Origin: Oikopleura dioica
Lineage: Eukaryota > Animalia > Chordata
NCBI GenBank assembly: GCA_907165135.1
Contig: OU015568.1
Coordinates: 13,764,001-13,828,000, forward strand
DNA length: 64,000 bases
Direction of reading: 5' to 3'
Shown: positions 24,885-35,160 of the stretch, piece after piece
Numbering within the stretch: position 1 is the first letter of the stretch
How the letters are laid out: every line of letters starts with the position of its first letter
The notes under the pieces: generated by a model
Told to the model about the DNA's origin: nothing
Databases searched by the model: none
Seen by the model: only the letters and a program-made list of their open reading frames with translations
Position numbers and translations under genes: made by a program

Positions 24885-26069
24885 TTGTGTTTTTGTGAGC
24901 ATGAGTGTAACACTTTATTTTTAAAGACAATGGCTGGTCAAATTGACCTCAATAAAATACCCTTGAACGGTGGCTGTTATTTTTCACTGTCGCAAATGTT
25001 AAACATTTGCTCCTTTTGGGAAATTAATCCTCTAACTAATAGAGTGAGAGTTCGCGCCCCAAAAACAAAAGCAGAGCCGTATCCCGACTATGATACCGAG
25101 GAAGAGGGCACCGCCAAGCTACTTGCAGGACTTTGCAACCGGAAAATACCTCGAGGACAGGCTAGACGGTCTCGACGAATTAGAGGTCAAGCGCCTCGAG
25201 ACCGAGGCGAGGAAGCGAGTGAGCTCGAGTCCGGCTTTGAAGAGGAAACGGGGTCGCCCACGAAAGGTGAAACAACCCTTAACGGAGCAAACAATTACGA
25301 CTACTCTGAATCCGAGATCAGCGACGACTATTCAAAATCTTCAAGACGGCGCGAAGTCAAATCAAGAGGTCGGAAAAGGCGGAGAGTTGGATCAATGGAC
25401 GAAGACAGTATCGAAGAAAGTCAACCAGTTGCGAGGCGTAAACGAAGAAGAATTGAAGCGCCTAAAGAAGTACGACGAAAAAGGAGGAAAAACGACGATG
25501 GCTATACTATCACCAGCGATGATTTCAGAAAATTCAGGGATTCAATTTATGACGCAACTCATCGCAGCCAGAAATCCAAAAACAGGCGAATTGAAATTTC
25601 CTCAGGAACTGATAGTGAGCAAATTTCCGACTTCAACGATCAAGATGACAGATCTTCTACCAAGAGCGACTCCAAAAGCGCCGACGAGTCTCAATTCTCG
25701 GACGATGATAATGACAAACGAAACGCCCGGGATGGAAGAAAAAATTCAAGAAATCCAAGAGAGCACTCCGTCATTGTCGAGAACCCCGCGTACAACTTCC
25801 ACAAGCGAAAAACTGAAAAAAATCGGGCTCCCGCTGGACGAGTTATTACAGTTAGAAAGCCCAAAGAGTCTGAGAAATCTGAACAGCTCCCCAAATCTCG
25901 AAAAAGGGGTAGACCTAGTAACTCAATTTCAACAAAACGGGCCCCAGCAAAGCGGAGACGAAAATCTCCTGAATACAGCGAGAATGAAGGCACCACCTCC
26001 GACACTGGAGACAACAACGAGGACGACGAGCCCGTTCTCGAATCAACAGCCAACTTCTGGTCCCGCTAA
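24885..26069 (+). CDS. Low-complexity basic/acidic protein overlapping the integrase frame
   Basis: 394-codon open frame (likely ATG at 24930) with R/K clusters, D/S tracts and an RKRGRP AT-hook-like motif. Confidence 0.55.
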   Translation: MCFCEHECNTLFLKTMAGQIDLNKIPLNGGCYFSLSQMLNICSFWEINPLTNRVRVRAPKTKAEPYPDYDTEEEGTAKLLAGLCNRKIPRGQARRSRRIRGQAPRDRGEEASELESGFEEETGSPTKGETTLNGANNYDYSESEISDDYSKSSRRREVKSRGRKRRRVGSMDEDSIEESQPVARRKRRRIEAPKEVRRKRRKNDDGYTITSDDFRKFRDSIYDATHRSQKSKNRRIEISSGTDSEQISDFNDQDDRSSTKSDSKSADESQFSDDDNDKRNARDGRKNSRNPREHSVIVENPAYNFHKRKTEKNRAPAGRVITVRKPKESEKSEQLPKSRKRGRPSNSISTKRAPAKRRRKSPEYSENEGTTSDTGDNNEDDEPVLESTANFWSR

Positions 26070-27078
26070 TAAACCGCCATATACGCTAGATTTATTTTAT
26101 AACCCTAAACAACCGTCTTTTTACAGCGGCTTTAATGTAGATCGATTTAAACGTATGAACGATTCTATTTCTCTCCATAAACCTCTTCATAGAAATTTCG
26201 CGCGTAACCCTATAATCGCGACTGACTTGTATTCTTGTCTTTTCGCTGATACAATTCTAGCCTATCAAAACTATGGCGAATTCAACAATAATTACAAATA
26301 TATTTTGTGCGTTGTTGATGCCTTATCAAGGCAGAGCTTCGTTCGTAAATTACTTAGCAAAGAGTCTGGAGAATTAGCGACCAATCTTGAATCCATTTTT
26401 CAAACACTAGACTTGCCAGGGCACACTTTTTTCGTGACAGATCAAGGATCTGAATTTCAGCAAGAAGTCCCTACGCTTCTGGCAAAATATGGAATGACTC
26501 GAGTTTTTAATACGGGGCCTCATAAAGCATCCATTGTTGAGCGTTTCAAGTAAGTCTTTATTTTTAATTGTTTCAAAATAGTATTTAATTTCAGTAAAAC
26601 TCTTGAAGCACGACTTGGAAGAGCTTTCACGAGTCAAGGGAACGTTAAACGTTGGGTTCATATTTTACAACCTGTAAATACTGCAATCAATAATACTGTG
26701 CATTCTTCCACTAACGTTAAACCTGCAGATGTAAATCGCTATAATGCTCGGCAACTATTTGACTATTTAGAATCAAAACGATCTAAGCAGTATCGTCAAA
26801 CATGGAGTAAGCTTCATGTTGGCGATGTTGTTAGAATTCCTCGTAAGAATATCAAACGCTTTGAAAAAGGTTTTACTCCTAAGTGGACTACAGAACTTTT
26901 TCAAATTTATCAAATTCATCATGGAGCTAGGGTTTTTTCATTTACTCTTATAAATTCAAAAGGCGTTAAATTAGATAGACGTTTTTATGAAAAAGAATTA
27001 AATCTAGTTATGACACTTTCTGAATTGAAACAAAGACGCTTGCGCCAACGGTATAGATTTTTATTCGTTTTTGTTTAG
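25090..27078 (+). CDS. Retroviral-like (rve, DDE) integrase of the Maverick, >=2 exons; true 5' end uncertain
   Basis: LFADT..YKYILCVVDALSR..TDQGSEF..HKASIVERF. A 45-bp intron at 26550-26594 restores canonical VERFNKTL. C-terminal VGDVVRI..FEKGFTPKWTTELF..FYEKEL is typical of Polinton integrases. Confidence 0.93.
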
Positions 27079-27276
27079 ATGACAAGCAGATCTTATCTTG
27101 TGAAACCACGATTATCGCGATTACGAAATTTGGGTCTAGCTGCACCTTCGACTCGTCAACGAAAACGGCGACGGCGACCACGCCGACGTCGACGAGCTCC
27201 TCGAACTCGTCGATTGAGACGTCAAAGAAGACCAAATCGAAAACGGAGAAAGCGCCGACGAAGGCGACGAACATGA
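27079..27276 (+). CDS. Protamine-like Arg-rich protein, 65 aa (putative virion core protein)
   Basis: C-terminal half RQRKRRRRPRRRRRAPRTRRLRRQRRPNRKRRKRRRRRRT. The ATG is directly preceded by a pyrimidine-rich TTTAG. Confidence 0.7.
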   Translation: MTSRSYLVKPRLSRLRNLGLAAPSTRQRKRRRRPRRRRRAPRTRRLRRQRRPNRKRRKRRRRRRT

Positions 27277-27292
27277 ACGACGGCTCGCCAAA

Positions 27293-27484
27293 ATGTTCAA
27301 AATGCTCGGATTGCTACATGTCAACACTAAAAAGAACATATTTTTAATAATTTTAATCGCCATTGTTTTTACTCACCTTCTTTTAGTTTCCCTCATTTAT
27401 GCTCACATTAACATAATATCTTTAAAATTAGGGGTTATTATACCGTTGCTCACTAAACATAAGCTTAGTGATCTTTTCGGCTAG
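27293..27484 (+). CDS. Small hydrophobic protein (1 TM)
   Basis: IFLIILIAIVFTHLLLVSLIYAHI segment; lies between the protamine-like and capsid genes. Confidence 0.4.
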   Translation: MFKMLGLLHVNTKKNIFLIILIAIVFTHLLLVSLIYAHINIISLKLGVIIPLLTKHKLSDLFG

Positions 27485-27531
27485 AATTCACTTGTTCACT
27501 ATTTGTTATAATAAAATTTTAGTGCTTCACC

Positions 27532-29427
27532 ATGGAAGAAAACTTTGGAAATCTTCTTTACTACAAGAAACCTAGAAAGACTTCGGACCCCTACGCTGGA
27601 TATAAAGTTCTTCACACCCTCGGCGATTTTTCTGCGGGTAACGGAAAAATAACATTCGCAATGCCGCCTGACAAATTACCAATCAAACTGGACAGATGTG
27701 CGATTCTTTTTCAACTCAAAATGCCTTCTAATTTTGTTCCTGATAACGGCTTTGCATCGAAGATCATAGATAAATTCAATTTTTATATATTGGATGAATG
27801 TATCTTTTCAACTTGGACAAACGGCTTGGAATACCTGTTTTTTAACAATTTCGTCAAAAAGCTCAATTACTCGCCAAAAGCTCAGGAAGTCGAATTATTC
27901 CCGGAAGGACACTACGACTCCTACGATGCTGACGCTGATGAATTGCTAGAGTTAAAGTGCAAGCACAATGGCTTAAATCTTGTTGAAAATCGACAGCAAT
28001 ATGCGATGGAAGAATGGAAAGAATTGGAGAAACCTATCAAAATTTCAACAGGTAAAAACGCTGTCGATTGCGAAATGCTGTATCATCGATACCTTGTTCG
28101 ATCTCCAATTAGCCACGGATTGGCGAGACAGCAGAGAGTTTTACCCGCGGATTCACGAGTGAAGTTTGAAATCCTTACTCAAAGTGGGGTTTCAACAGAT
28201 AAACCGGAGACACCTAGGCGGATGGCAATGAGGTGGAGCGAATATCAGAAAGTCAGAACTTTAGAAAAAAATATTTACAAGAAAGACGATAAGGGTCATC
28301 TCATCCAAATAATGACTTATCCATTTGACAAAAATATTCAATTGGTAAATGAATGGGTCGAACATTTGACGGAAGAAGAGTGTGACTGTGCTGCTTCTAA
28401 ATTTACAAGCGCTGATGAAGATACCGAGCCTGAATATCTTCAAATCGAACCTATTGGGGGAGATTATTTACCGAAAACCAGACTTAATGAACTATACACC
28501 AAAGGTACACCAGTGGATGAAAAAAACAATATTCAAGCAGTTCAAGGTACGTGGAGGGCTCATAAGGTGTATCGAAGAGTTCCTAAGTACGATAATATGG
28601 TCGAAGGCAATAACACGTATGTTATATTCTGGGCGAAGACTTCCACAGACTTTACCTTAACTACTGATATGCTCAGACATTTACAAATTGAGAGTGTTTT
28701 CTGCACTCCAACAAAAGATGAGCGACCGTTTATTATCGGTAAGAAACGGGCTAAAATCCCTTTTTATCATCCTCGATTATGTGTTGGAACATGGGCTCCG
28801 GGGTATAGAACTTATATTGTCGAATGTTCTCGGGGTTTATTTCCTGATATGCTGATTTTTACGGGAATGAGCGAAGCTCGAAAAATCCCTTCTTTCGAAA
28901 AATGCATAACTAAAACCTCTCTTTTTGAAGAAGGTTTTGAGATTGAGCAGTTTGAGATTTTAGTCGATAACGAGCACGCTCATGGAACTCCATGGAATTC
29001 TGCTCAAGACCATTATATAAATTTTCTCAAGCACAACGGTAGATACGCAAATAAAACAGTGGGGGAAGGCCTTGACTTTTTTCAGTTTTGTAACCAAAAC
29101 TGGTTTGTTCCCATTTATTTCGGTGATCGTCGAGATATGATGGGGACAGTTCAAATCCGAATAACGTTCAGAACTGCTCTGAAAACGGGTTGGGCTCCGT
29201 TTATCATGCGATATCCTGTGGACAATTTAATTTTGGACGCAGCAAGAAATGGTTTGTTTTAAATTTACAATAACTATTTTAACGATATTTTAGAAGCTTC
29301 CGTCGTTTCAAGGTCAAGCGTGATGTGCAAGGCGACTCCAGATAATCAAACTCCGTCAATACATCTAGATAATACAGAACAGATCGGGCGGGCTCCGCCG
29401 GCAAAACGATCTAAAATGTCGCGTTAG
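27532..29427 (+). CDS. Double jelly-roll major capsid protein (Polinton PY-like), probably 2 exons
   Basis: Matches the Polinton MCP pattern by eye: ITFAMP..IKLDRCAILFQLKM, LNYSPKAQEVELFPEGHYD, GLFPDMLIFTG, FEILVDNE..GTP, GEGLDFFQF, GTVQIRITFRTAL..NLILDAARN. A 42-bp intron at 29252-29293 adds an in-frame tail ending PPAKRSKMSR. Confidence 0.82.
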
Positions 29428-29548
29428 CGACTCCACAGAAGGCGCTGCGAGTTAGACTCATTGGTTTCTTTTTTGATGCTACTCTCTGCTGACATATATT
29501 CTATATAACGCTTACTGTGAATAAATCTCGTTGTAATACTTTTATCTT

Positions 29549-31021
29549 ATGAAGCGTTTTCTGCCAAATAAAGCAAAAGGATTATCGAAAACAAACTATC
29601 AAAAAAGACGAAGGTATTTATTAGCTTCTACAAACAGTCAGAGAACTGCTGAGAGTGCTTTCTTAGCAGAAAATGATGACGACAGTGAATCCGTTGATGT
29701 AGTTAGAAAGGCTCGTCGAAGACCTGATCCGTTAAATAGCGATGAGAGTTCTGATGAAAACGGCGAGCAAGATGGAAACCGCAGCCGCACTTCGAGTACT
29801 TCTAGCGAGGAGTATTCTCCAGCGAATCCGGATGATGAGCGTAACCAGTCTAACGTGTATGATACAATTTTGTTGGGGATAAACTGGTGGAATTATTTAA
29901 AAAAGATTCATCCAAAAATTCCGACGAAATTAAATCAAGAGCTGCGCGAGGAACTTTCAAAAGTTGATACAAGCGAACTTGTCAGAGAATTTGGTTTGTC
30001 GCCTACTAGAGCTGACTTACCTAAATTAGAACGTTTCTTAAACATCGATATTTACGCTTTATACGGAGGCTATTTTCGACCTCTTGGAATCAGTTATCGC
30101 CCGCATCGAGTTGGATCTCGCGAAAATGTTGAACAAGTTATTGGTCGATTAGAGTCTGTCAATCCAATGTCAGATCGTCCCTGCGTTGTTCTTCAAAGTG
30201 CGCGTCCTTACTTTTGGCGCCTTGGAACATTTCATCTTTTACCAACTAGGCGCACTTTTGAAGACCGCGATAAAAACTGGGTTTGTATTTGGAACGCGCT
30301 GGTGAAAGTTCGTTGGCCTAAGCTTCATTTACGAGAGTATAATCTAAAAATAGCGGAGATAAAAAAAGAGTTATTTGGCGAGGCGTACGCTGAAAAACAA
30401 TTTTCGATCGCAGATGGTATTTTTCAGAAAATAAGAAGTAAATACAAGGTCAATATTCGTCTTTTTGTCGGAAAAATTATAAACGACAACGTCAACTTGA
30501 AACGGTGTGTTTACGCGGCGATTGGAACTTCAGATTGTATCAATATGAATATATTGGCAGCTCCTATGCAAGAAGATGAGTTTGCAAACGAATTTAAACG
30601 GCTGACAAATCTTACTTACAGGGAATTCGATAATTATCCTGGATTGTTGCCACTTTATGCTGCAAACAAGGATTTTCAACGTCGATATAGTAAATGTTCA
30701 AGATATCTGGGTAAAAAGAAAACTGCTCAAATACTGCGGTGGACAAAACATCACAAGCACAATTTGCATGATGCGACTGAAGTTTTGCAAAGCGATGAAG
30801 AAGACATGCGAGAACTTGCAGGAACGTCTGCCATGGAAGCAACTGCTATGGACACAAATGCTATCGAAACACCTGGTATGGAAATGGACGCTATCGAAAC
30901 AACTGGTATGGACACGACGGCTACGGCCACGCCTGCTTTGGAAACAAATGACGATGATTTATCATTTGTCGATTTTGATAATTTGACGGAGAATGCAAGT
31001 ACTGAAAAAGTCAGGCAATAA
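29549..31021 (+). CDS. Putative N-terminal (terminal-protein-like) part of pPolB, or a separate upstream gene
   Basis: 490-aa ORF with DLPKLERFLNIDIY and CIWNAL..FQKIRSKYKVNIRLF segments resembling the repeated N-terminal region of Polinton PolBs. A candidate 50-bp intron (30999-31048) would join it in frame to the polymerase. Confidence 0.55.
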   Translation: MKRFLPNKAKGLSKTNYQKRRRYLLASTNSQRTAESAFLAENDDDSESVDVVRKARRRPDPLNSDESSDENGEQDGNRSRTSSTSSEEYSPANPDDERNQSNVYDTILLGINWWNYLKKIHPKIPTKLNQELREELSKVDTSELVREFGLSPTRADLPKLERFLNIDIYALYGGYFRPLGISYRPHRVGSRENVEQVIGRLESVNPMSDRPCVVLQSARPYFWRLGTFHLLPTRRTFEDRDKNWVCIWNALVKVRWPKLHLREYNLKIAEIKKELFGEAYAEKQFSIADGIFQKIRSKYKVNIRLFVGKIINDNVNLKRCVYAAIGTSDCINMNILAAPMQEDEFANEFKRLTNLTYREFDNYPGLLPLYAANKDFQRRYSKCSRYLGKKKTAQILRWTKHHKHNLHDATEVLQSDEEDMRELAGTSAMEATAMDTNAIETPGMEMDAIETTGMDTTATATPALETNDDDLSFVDFDNLTENASTEKVRQ

Positions 31022-31122
31022 ATCCTTTCGTTGATAACCAATGCGCAGTTTCAAAGAATGGTGACGATTCTAATTCAGCTCTTCAGACAGATGATGATTT
31101 ACTTCATTACAACTCTGATGAT

Positions 31123-34100
31123 TTGATGCCGGAGCCGACACTTGAATCTAACTCTTCTGACGACAACAAAGATGAGAATTCGCTAATGCAAAATAATCGC
31201 GATAGTGTAGAATCTTCGCTCTACACCGAATATATGCCTATACGAAACGTTCTTACATTGATACCAAATGTTTTTAACGATCAAACTCTTGTTCGTATTC
31301 TTCCTGATCGAATGGTCATCGAGCTCCCAAAGTGTAAAACACCTAACTGTCTGTATACTCACGCTGATAAGCGTAAAATGAAGAAACACGAAGCAACGTG
31401 CAATATGGATACTATTGATATTATACATCAAACCGTCGAATCGCATCGAATCATGGATCACGTGCACGAGCTAGTCGCGGAAAACTTCCTGCCTTCATTT
31501 GACTACGTTCAAGAATATTTCGTCGTTTATGATATTGAGTGCACAATGAACTGTAATGGGCTTTCTTCAGGTGATAAATATCATAAACTGGCTACATTGG
31601 CGACTGTAACGAGTAACGGAGAGCGAGAATGTTTTGTTCGCAAAACGGATGAAGTCGAAGGGTCTTTAATAATGCTTACGGAATTCATCAATTATCTTCT
31701 TATACTTCAGAAGAAAATGGAGAGCCAGATTCCTGGTTGCATTTTTCAAGGCGTTCAGCATTATGAAAAGTTGATCGAAGATGAGAACAAGAAAAAAGAA
31801 GCCGGGCTGGGTAGTAATCCTTTTCTTCTGGCAGCTTATCGTAAAAAGCTCAAATACTTAAAGGACTTTTACAAGTTGAAGATTTATTCTTGGGTCGGCG
31901 AGAGATACGACATGGTTGTTCTTTTTCCGACACTTATTTCAGTTTTGTTCTTCTTTGTTGGCGGAAATACAAAACTCATCAGCTTTATAAAACGAGCAAG
32001 CGGATACATGGTTTTGGAAGCTCTTAATCTCAGTTTTCGAGATTTCAAAAACTACACCTGCCCGATGGCTTTGGAAAAACTCGCTCGATCCTGCGGCCTT
32101 AGTGAAGAACTTTTTGTAAAAGGTTCCTTCTGCTATGAATGGTACAATAAGCTTGATCATATAAAAAAGGCAAAAGAGCTTCCAGCGTATCCCTGCTTTT
32201 ATTCTACTATGTCCGTTGCCACTAACGAGTACGTTATTGAGATGGATAAAATAATCGCAACAAATATTGAAGAAGGAAAATGGAAAAACGAGCAAAAAGA
32301 AATCGCAAGCCATGTTTGTCGGTTTTTAAAATTGACCCATATTTTTGACGATCCTGTTGCCAAAGAACACTACGACAATCTACCACCAGCCGAAGGTGCT
32401 TCGTCAGGTGAAAGTCTGTTTCAAATTCGCGATACAATTGATCTATATGTAAAGTGGAAAACTCAAATTGAAAAATTTATTTGTTGGAGCTCTGATAAAA
32501 ACCGTTGGCATTTAGATGAGGATGATGAAGCCACTTGCGCTTTTTTTCGTTTTTCACCAAAAATGTACCGAGCATCTGTTGAACGATGGTACGCGCTTGA
32601 AGAAGCAGGTGAAAATGATAATCCAACAACGATGATGGATTTCCTTATCGACTATAATTACAATGATTGCGTTCTTTTGCAAGGCTCAATTTCTTCATTT
32701 GCTTTATCGAATCAACGACGCTTTGGATTGGGAATTCATTCTGAATTGAGTATTTCACAGCTCGCTCATAAAATTGCATTTCTGAAATACGATAAGAAAT
32801 GTCCGCCAATATATTCAATTTCTCCTGACTTCCCAGAATTATTGCGCGACATGAGAAAAAATCTTACAGGAGGCATTGTTCAAGTTCTTCACAGAGCAAT
32901 TTATTTGAACGGTCCGAATCCTGCGATTCCTGAGTTTGCTTGGAAAACTTTGCTTGGAAAAATTATCAAAGCCGTTATTACCTACGACTTCAACAGTTTG
33001 TACCCGCAATCCTTTCGTGGAGATCTTCCGTGTGGTCCTGGCATAAAATACACATTACAGAAAATGGGCTATTCTTCGTCGATGTGTTATTCTGAGGAGG
33101 AGCGATTTTTTAGCAAGGGGATGTTTCATCAGCGTCAAAATACTTCATTGGGGTCTATAAGATGGTTAGAATATCTGAATTGGTCGCCTGATTACTCTTT
33201 TAATGGATCAATTGAGCATTCTTACAACTTGGAAGAGAAGAAGATTGGAAGTTATTATATTGACGGTTATGCAGAGAGCGAGGATGAGCCAATCTTAATT
33301 CTATCAAATGATGATGGAAATTCGCCAATTAGACGTATAAAAAAACGATACTTTTTTGAATATCGAGGATGTACCTTTCATCCGTGTACTAACAAGCTAT
33401 GCAAAATAAAACCTACTTGCGCACCGAAAAAAGAACTTACTGATCCGGCGACCGGCGCAAAAATCTTTGTTCCCTTTACCAAAGACGGCTTGCTGAAGAA
33501 CGAAGATGCAAGGATGCAGAAAATTATTGAAGACGTTCGAAAAATGGACGGAATTGAAGACTGGGGAAAGCCTCTGAAACACTGGAACGGCTCCGAATGG
33601 GAAGAAACAGAAGGGCCACAAAATTTTCCTCACTGTATTACGATTAAAATGGCGTGCGAGTGGAGAAGAGAATGGAAAATATTGGAGTCTACTGGTAAAA
33701 GCCCTTCTTCAAAAACGTATCCATTTTTATTCAAGAGTGCGAGAAAACCTTCAGGATTACCATCAGGACACGAAGGAGTTACAGAAGCCGAGTTTAAAAA
33801 ATTGGTTTTAGAAGAGGATGAAAACGGCGAAAGTAGATTCTTTGGGTTTGCTATGGTTGATTTACGGTCGCCTCCGTCAGTAATTGAAAAATATAAATAC
33901 ATGCCGCCTATTTTTGCTCGAAAGAAACTTGAACGTGAAGATTTACAAGGAGACTTGAGTGACACTCTTTCGGAAAATCAGAAAAAACGAATGTTTCCCT
34001 GCGAGGAAAACATATTTTGTTTTAATGTGGACAACTACTTTATTTCATCGCAAATGCTTCATTATTACGCGAAGATGGGTATCGAGTACAGGGTCAAGTA

Positions 34101-35103
34101 TTTTTTATCCTATTACAGAGGCAAACCTTTCGAAAATTTCGTCAACGAACTTGTTGCAGATCGAGTCAAAGCGGCAGCGAAAGGCGATCAAGCGGGTCAA
34201 AACTGGATCAAGTTTATTCTTAACTCAGCTGTTGGCTATTTTGCGATTAATCGCTCCAAATTTCTCAAAACTCGAATATTATCATCCGGCGACTTATATA
34301 CGGCGCTCCGTAATCCTCGGCTAAAATCGTTGACTACTCTTCAGGCTGAAAAGACCAAATGCGATCCTCTCCATGAAGCAATTTTTACGAAGAAAATGGT
34401 CAACCATAGTACAGCTCTTCAGGTTCAGTTGTTTGTTTATCAAAACAGTAAGCTTCTGTTTTTCAAATTTCGCGACGTTCTCAATGAATACATGGAGGAA
34501 GGATCAGTTCAAATTTGTTACTGCGATACAGACTCATTTGTGCTTGCATTGGCAGAAAAGACGTTGGACGAATGCGTTAAACCTTCTTTGAAGGATGAAT
34601 GGGAAACGAAAATCAAGCCTAAGTGGTTTGCTACGGAAAGTCCAGCGTCTCAGAAAGAGCCGGGGCTCTTGAAAGTTGAAGCGGAAATTTATAGTGGATG
34701 GTTTATCGCACTCAGTGCGAAATGCTACATTATGACGGAATGCGAGCCCAACAGAATTGATGAAGCAATCGTCGCTCCTGAAAATCGGCATCGAGTTTTT
34801 GAAGTATTGGATGAGCACAATCGAGCTTTTTTGAATGAAACAAATGTGAAACGATCAGCGAAAGGTTGCGCTAAGAAGATCAAACTTCGATATTTGGATT
34901 ATCTTGCGGCACTTTTTTCGGACAACAGCGAAGAGAGCGTCGTTAAAAATATGCCTCTGTTTATGTATGATCAAGTAAACAAACAGATCAAAACGAAAGT
35001 TATGTCAAAACGAGTAATTAACGGCGCTCTTAAAAAGCGCATTATTGATAAGGACAAGATTCGTACTTACGCCTTAAAAAAAGCTGACGGAACTTATTAT
35101 TAG
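31123..35103 (+). CDS. Protein-primed family B DNA polymerase (pPolB)
   Basis: Exo I VVYDIE, Exo II ERYD, Exo III YNYNDC; Pol A YDFNSLYP, Pol B KFILNSAVG, Pol C YCDTDS and ALSAKCY. An inserted IDGY..FEYRGCTFHPC nuclease-like segment is present. 1326 codons uninterrupted. Confidence 0.96.
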   Translation: MMPEPTLESNSSDDNKDENSLMQNNRDSVESSLYTEYMPIRNVLTLIPNVFNDQTLVRILPDRMVIELPKCKTPNCLYTHADKRKMKKHEATCNMDTIDIIHQTVESHRIMDHVHELVAENFLPSFDYVQEYFVVYDIECTMNCNGLSSGDKYHKLATLATVTSNGERECFVRKTDEVEGSLIMLTEFINYLLILQKKMESQIPGCIFQGVQHYEKLIEDENKKKEAGLGSNPFLLAAYRKKLKYLKDFYKLKIYSWVGERYDMVVLFPTLISVLFFFVGGNTKLISFIKRASGYMVLEALNLSFRDFKNYTCPMALEKLARSCGLSEELFVKGSFCYEWYNKLDHIKKAKELPAYPCFYSTMSVATNEYVIEMDKIIATNIEEGKWKNEQKEIASHVCRFLKLTHIFDDPVAKEHYDNLPPAEGASSGESLFQIRDTIDLYVKWKTQIEKFICWSSDKNRWHLDEDDEATCAFFRFSPKMYRASVERWYALEEAGENDNPTTMMDFLIDYNYNDCVLLQGSISSFALSNQRRFGLGIHSELSISQLAHKIAFLKYDKKCPPIYSISPDFPELLRDMRKNLTGGIVQVLHRAIYLNGPNPAIPEFAWKTLLGKIIKAVITYDFNSLYPQSFRGDLPCGPGIKYTLQKMGYSSSMCYSEEERFFSKGMFHQRQNTSLGSIRWLEYLNWSPDYSFNGSIEHSYNLEEKKIGSYYIDGYAESEDEPILILSNDDGNSPIRRIKKRYFFEYRGCTFHPCTNKLCKIKPTCAPKKELTDPATGAKIFVPFTKDGLLKNEDARMQKIIEDVRKMDGIEDWGKPLKHWNGSEWEETEGPQNFPHCITIKMACEWRREWKILESTGKSPSSKTYPFLFKSARKPSGLPSGHEGVTEAEFKKLVLEEDENGESRFFGFAMVDLRSPPSVIEKYKYMPPIFARKKLEREDLQGDLSDTLSENQKKRMFPCEENIFCFNVDNYFISSQMLHYYAKMGIEYRVKYFLSYYRGKPFENFVNELVADRVKAAAKGDQAGQNWIKFILNSAVGYFAINRSKFLKTRILSSGDLYTALRNPRLKSLTTLQAEKTKCDPLHEAIFTKKMVNHSTALQVQLFVYQNSKLLFFKFRDVLNEYMEEGSVQICYCDTDSFVLALAEKTLDECVKPSLKDEWETKIKPKWFATESPASQKEPGLLKVEAEIYSGWFIALSAKCYIMTECEPNRIDEAIVAPENRHRVFEVLDEHNRAFLNETNVKRSAKGCAKKIKLRYLDYLAALFSDNSEESVVKNMPLFMYDQVNKQIKTKVMSKRVINGALKKRIIDKDKIRTYALKKADGTYY

Positions 35104-35160
35104 ATATTAATTTCAATTTTTACACTGGCTAAAGATTATTGATGTGTTTAAAAATTAAGA

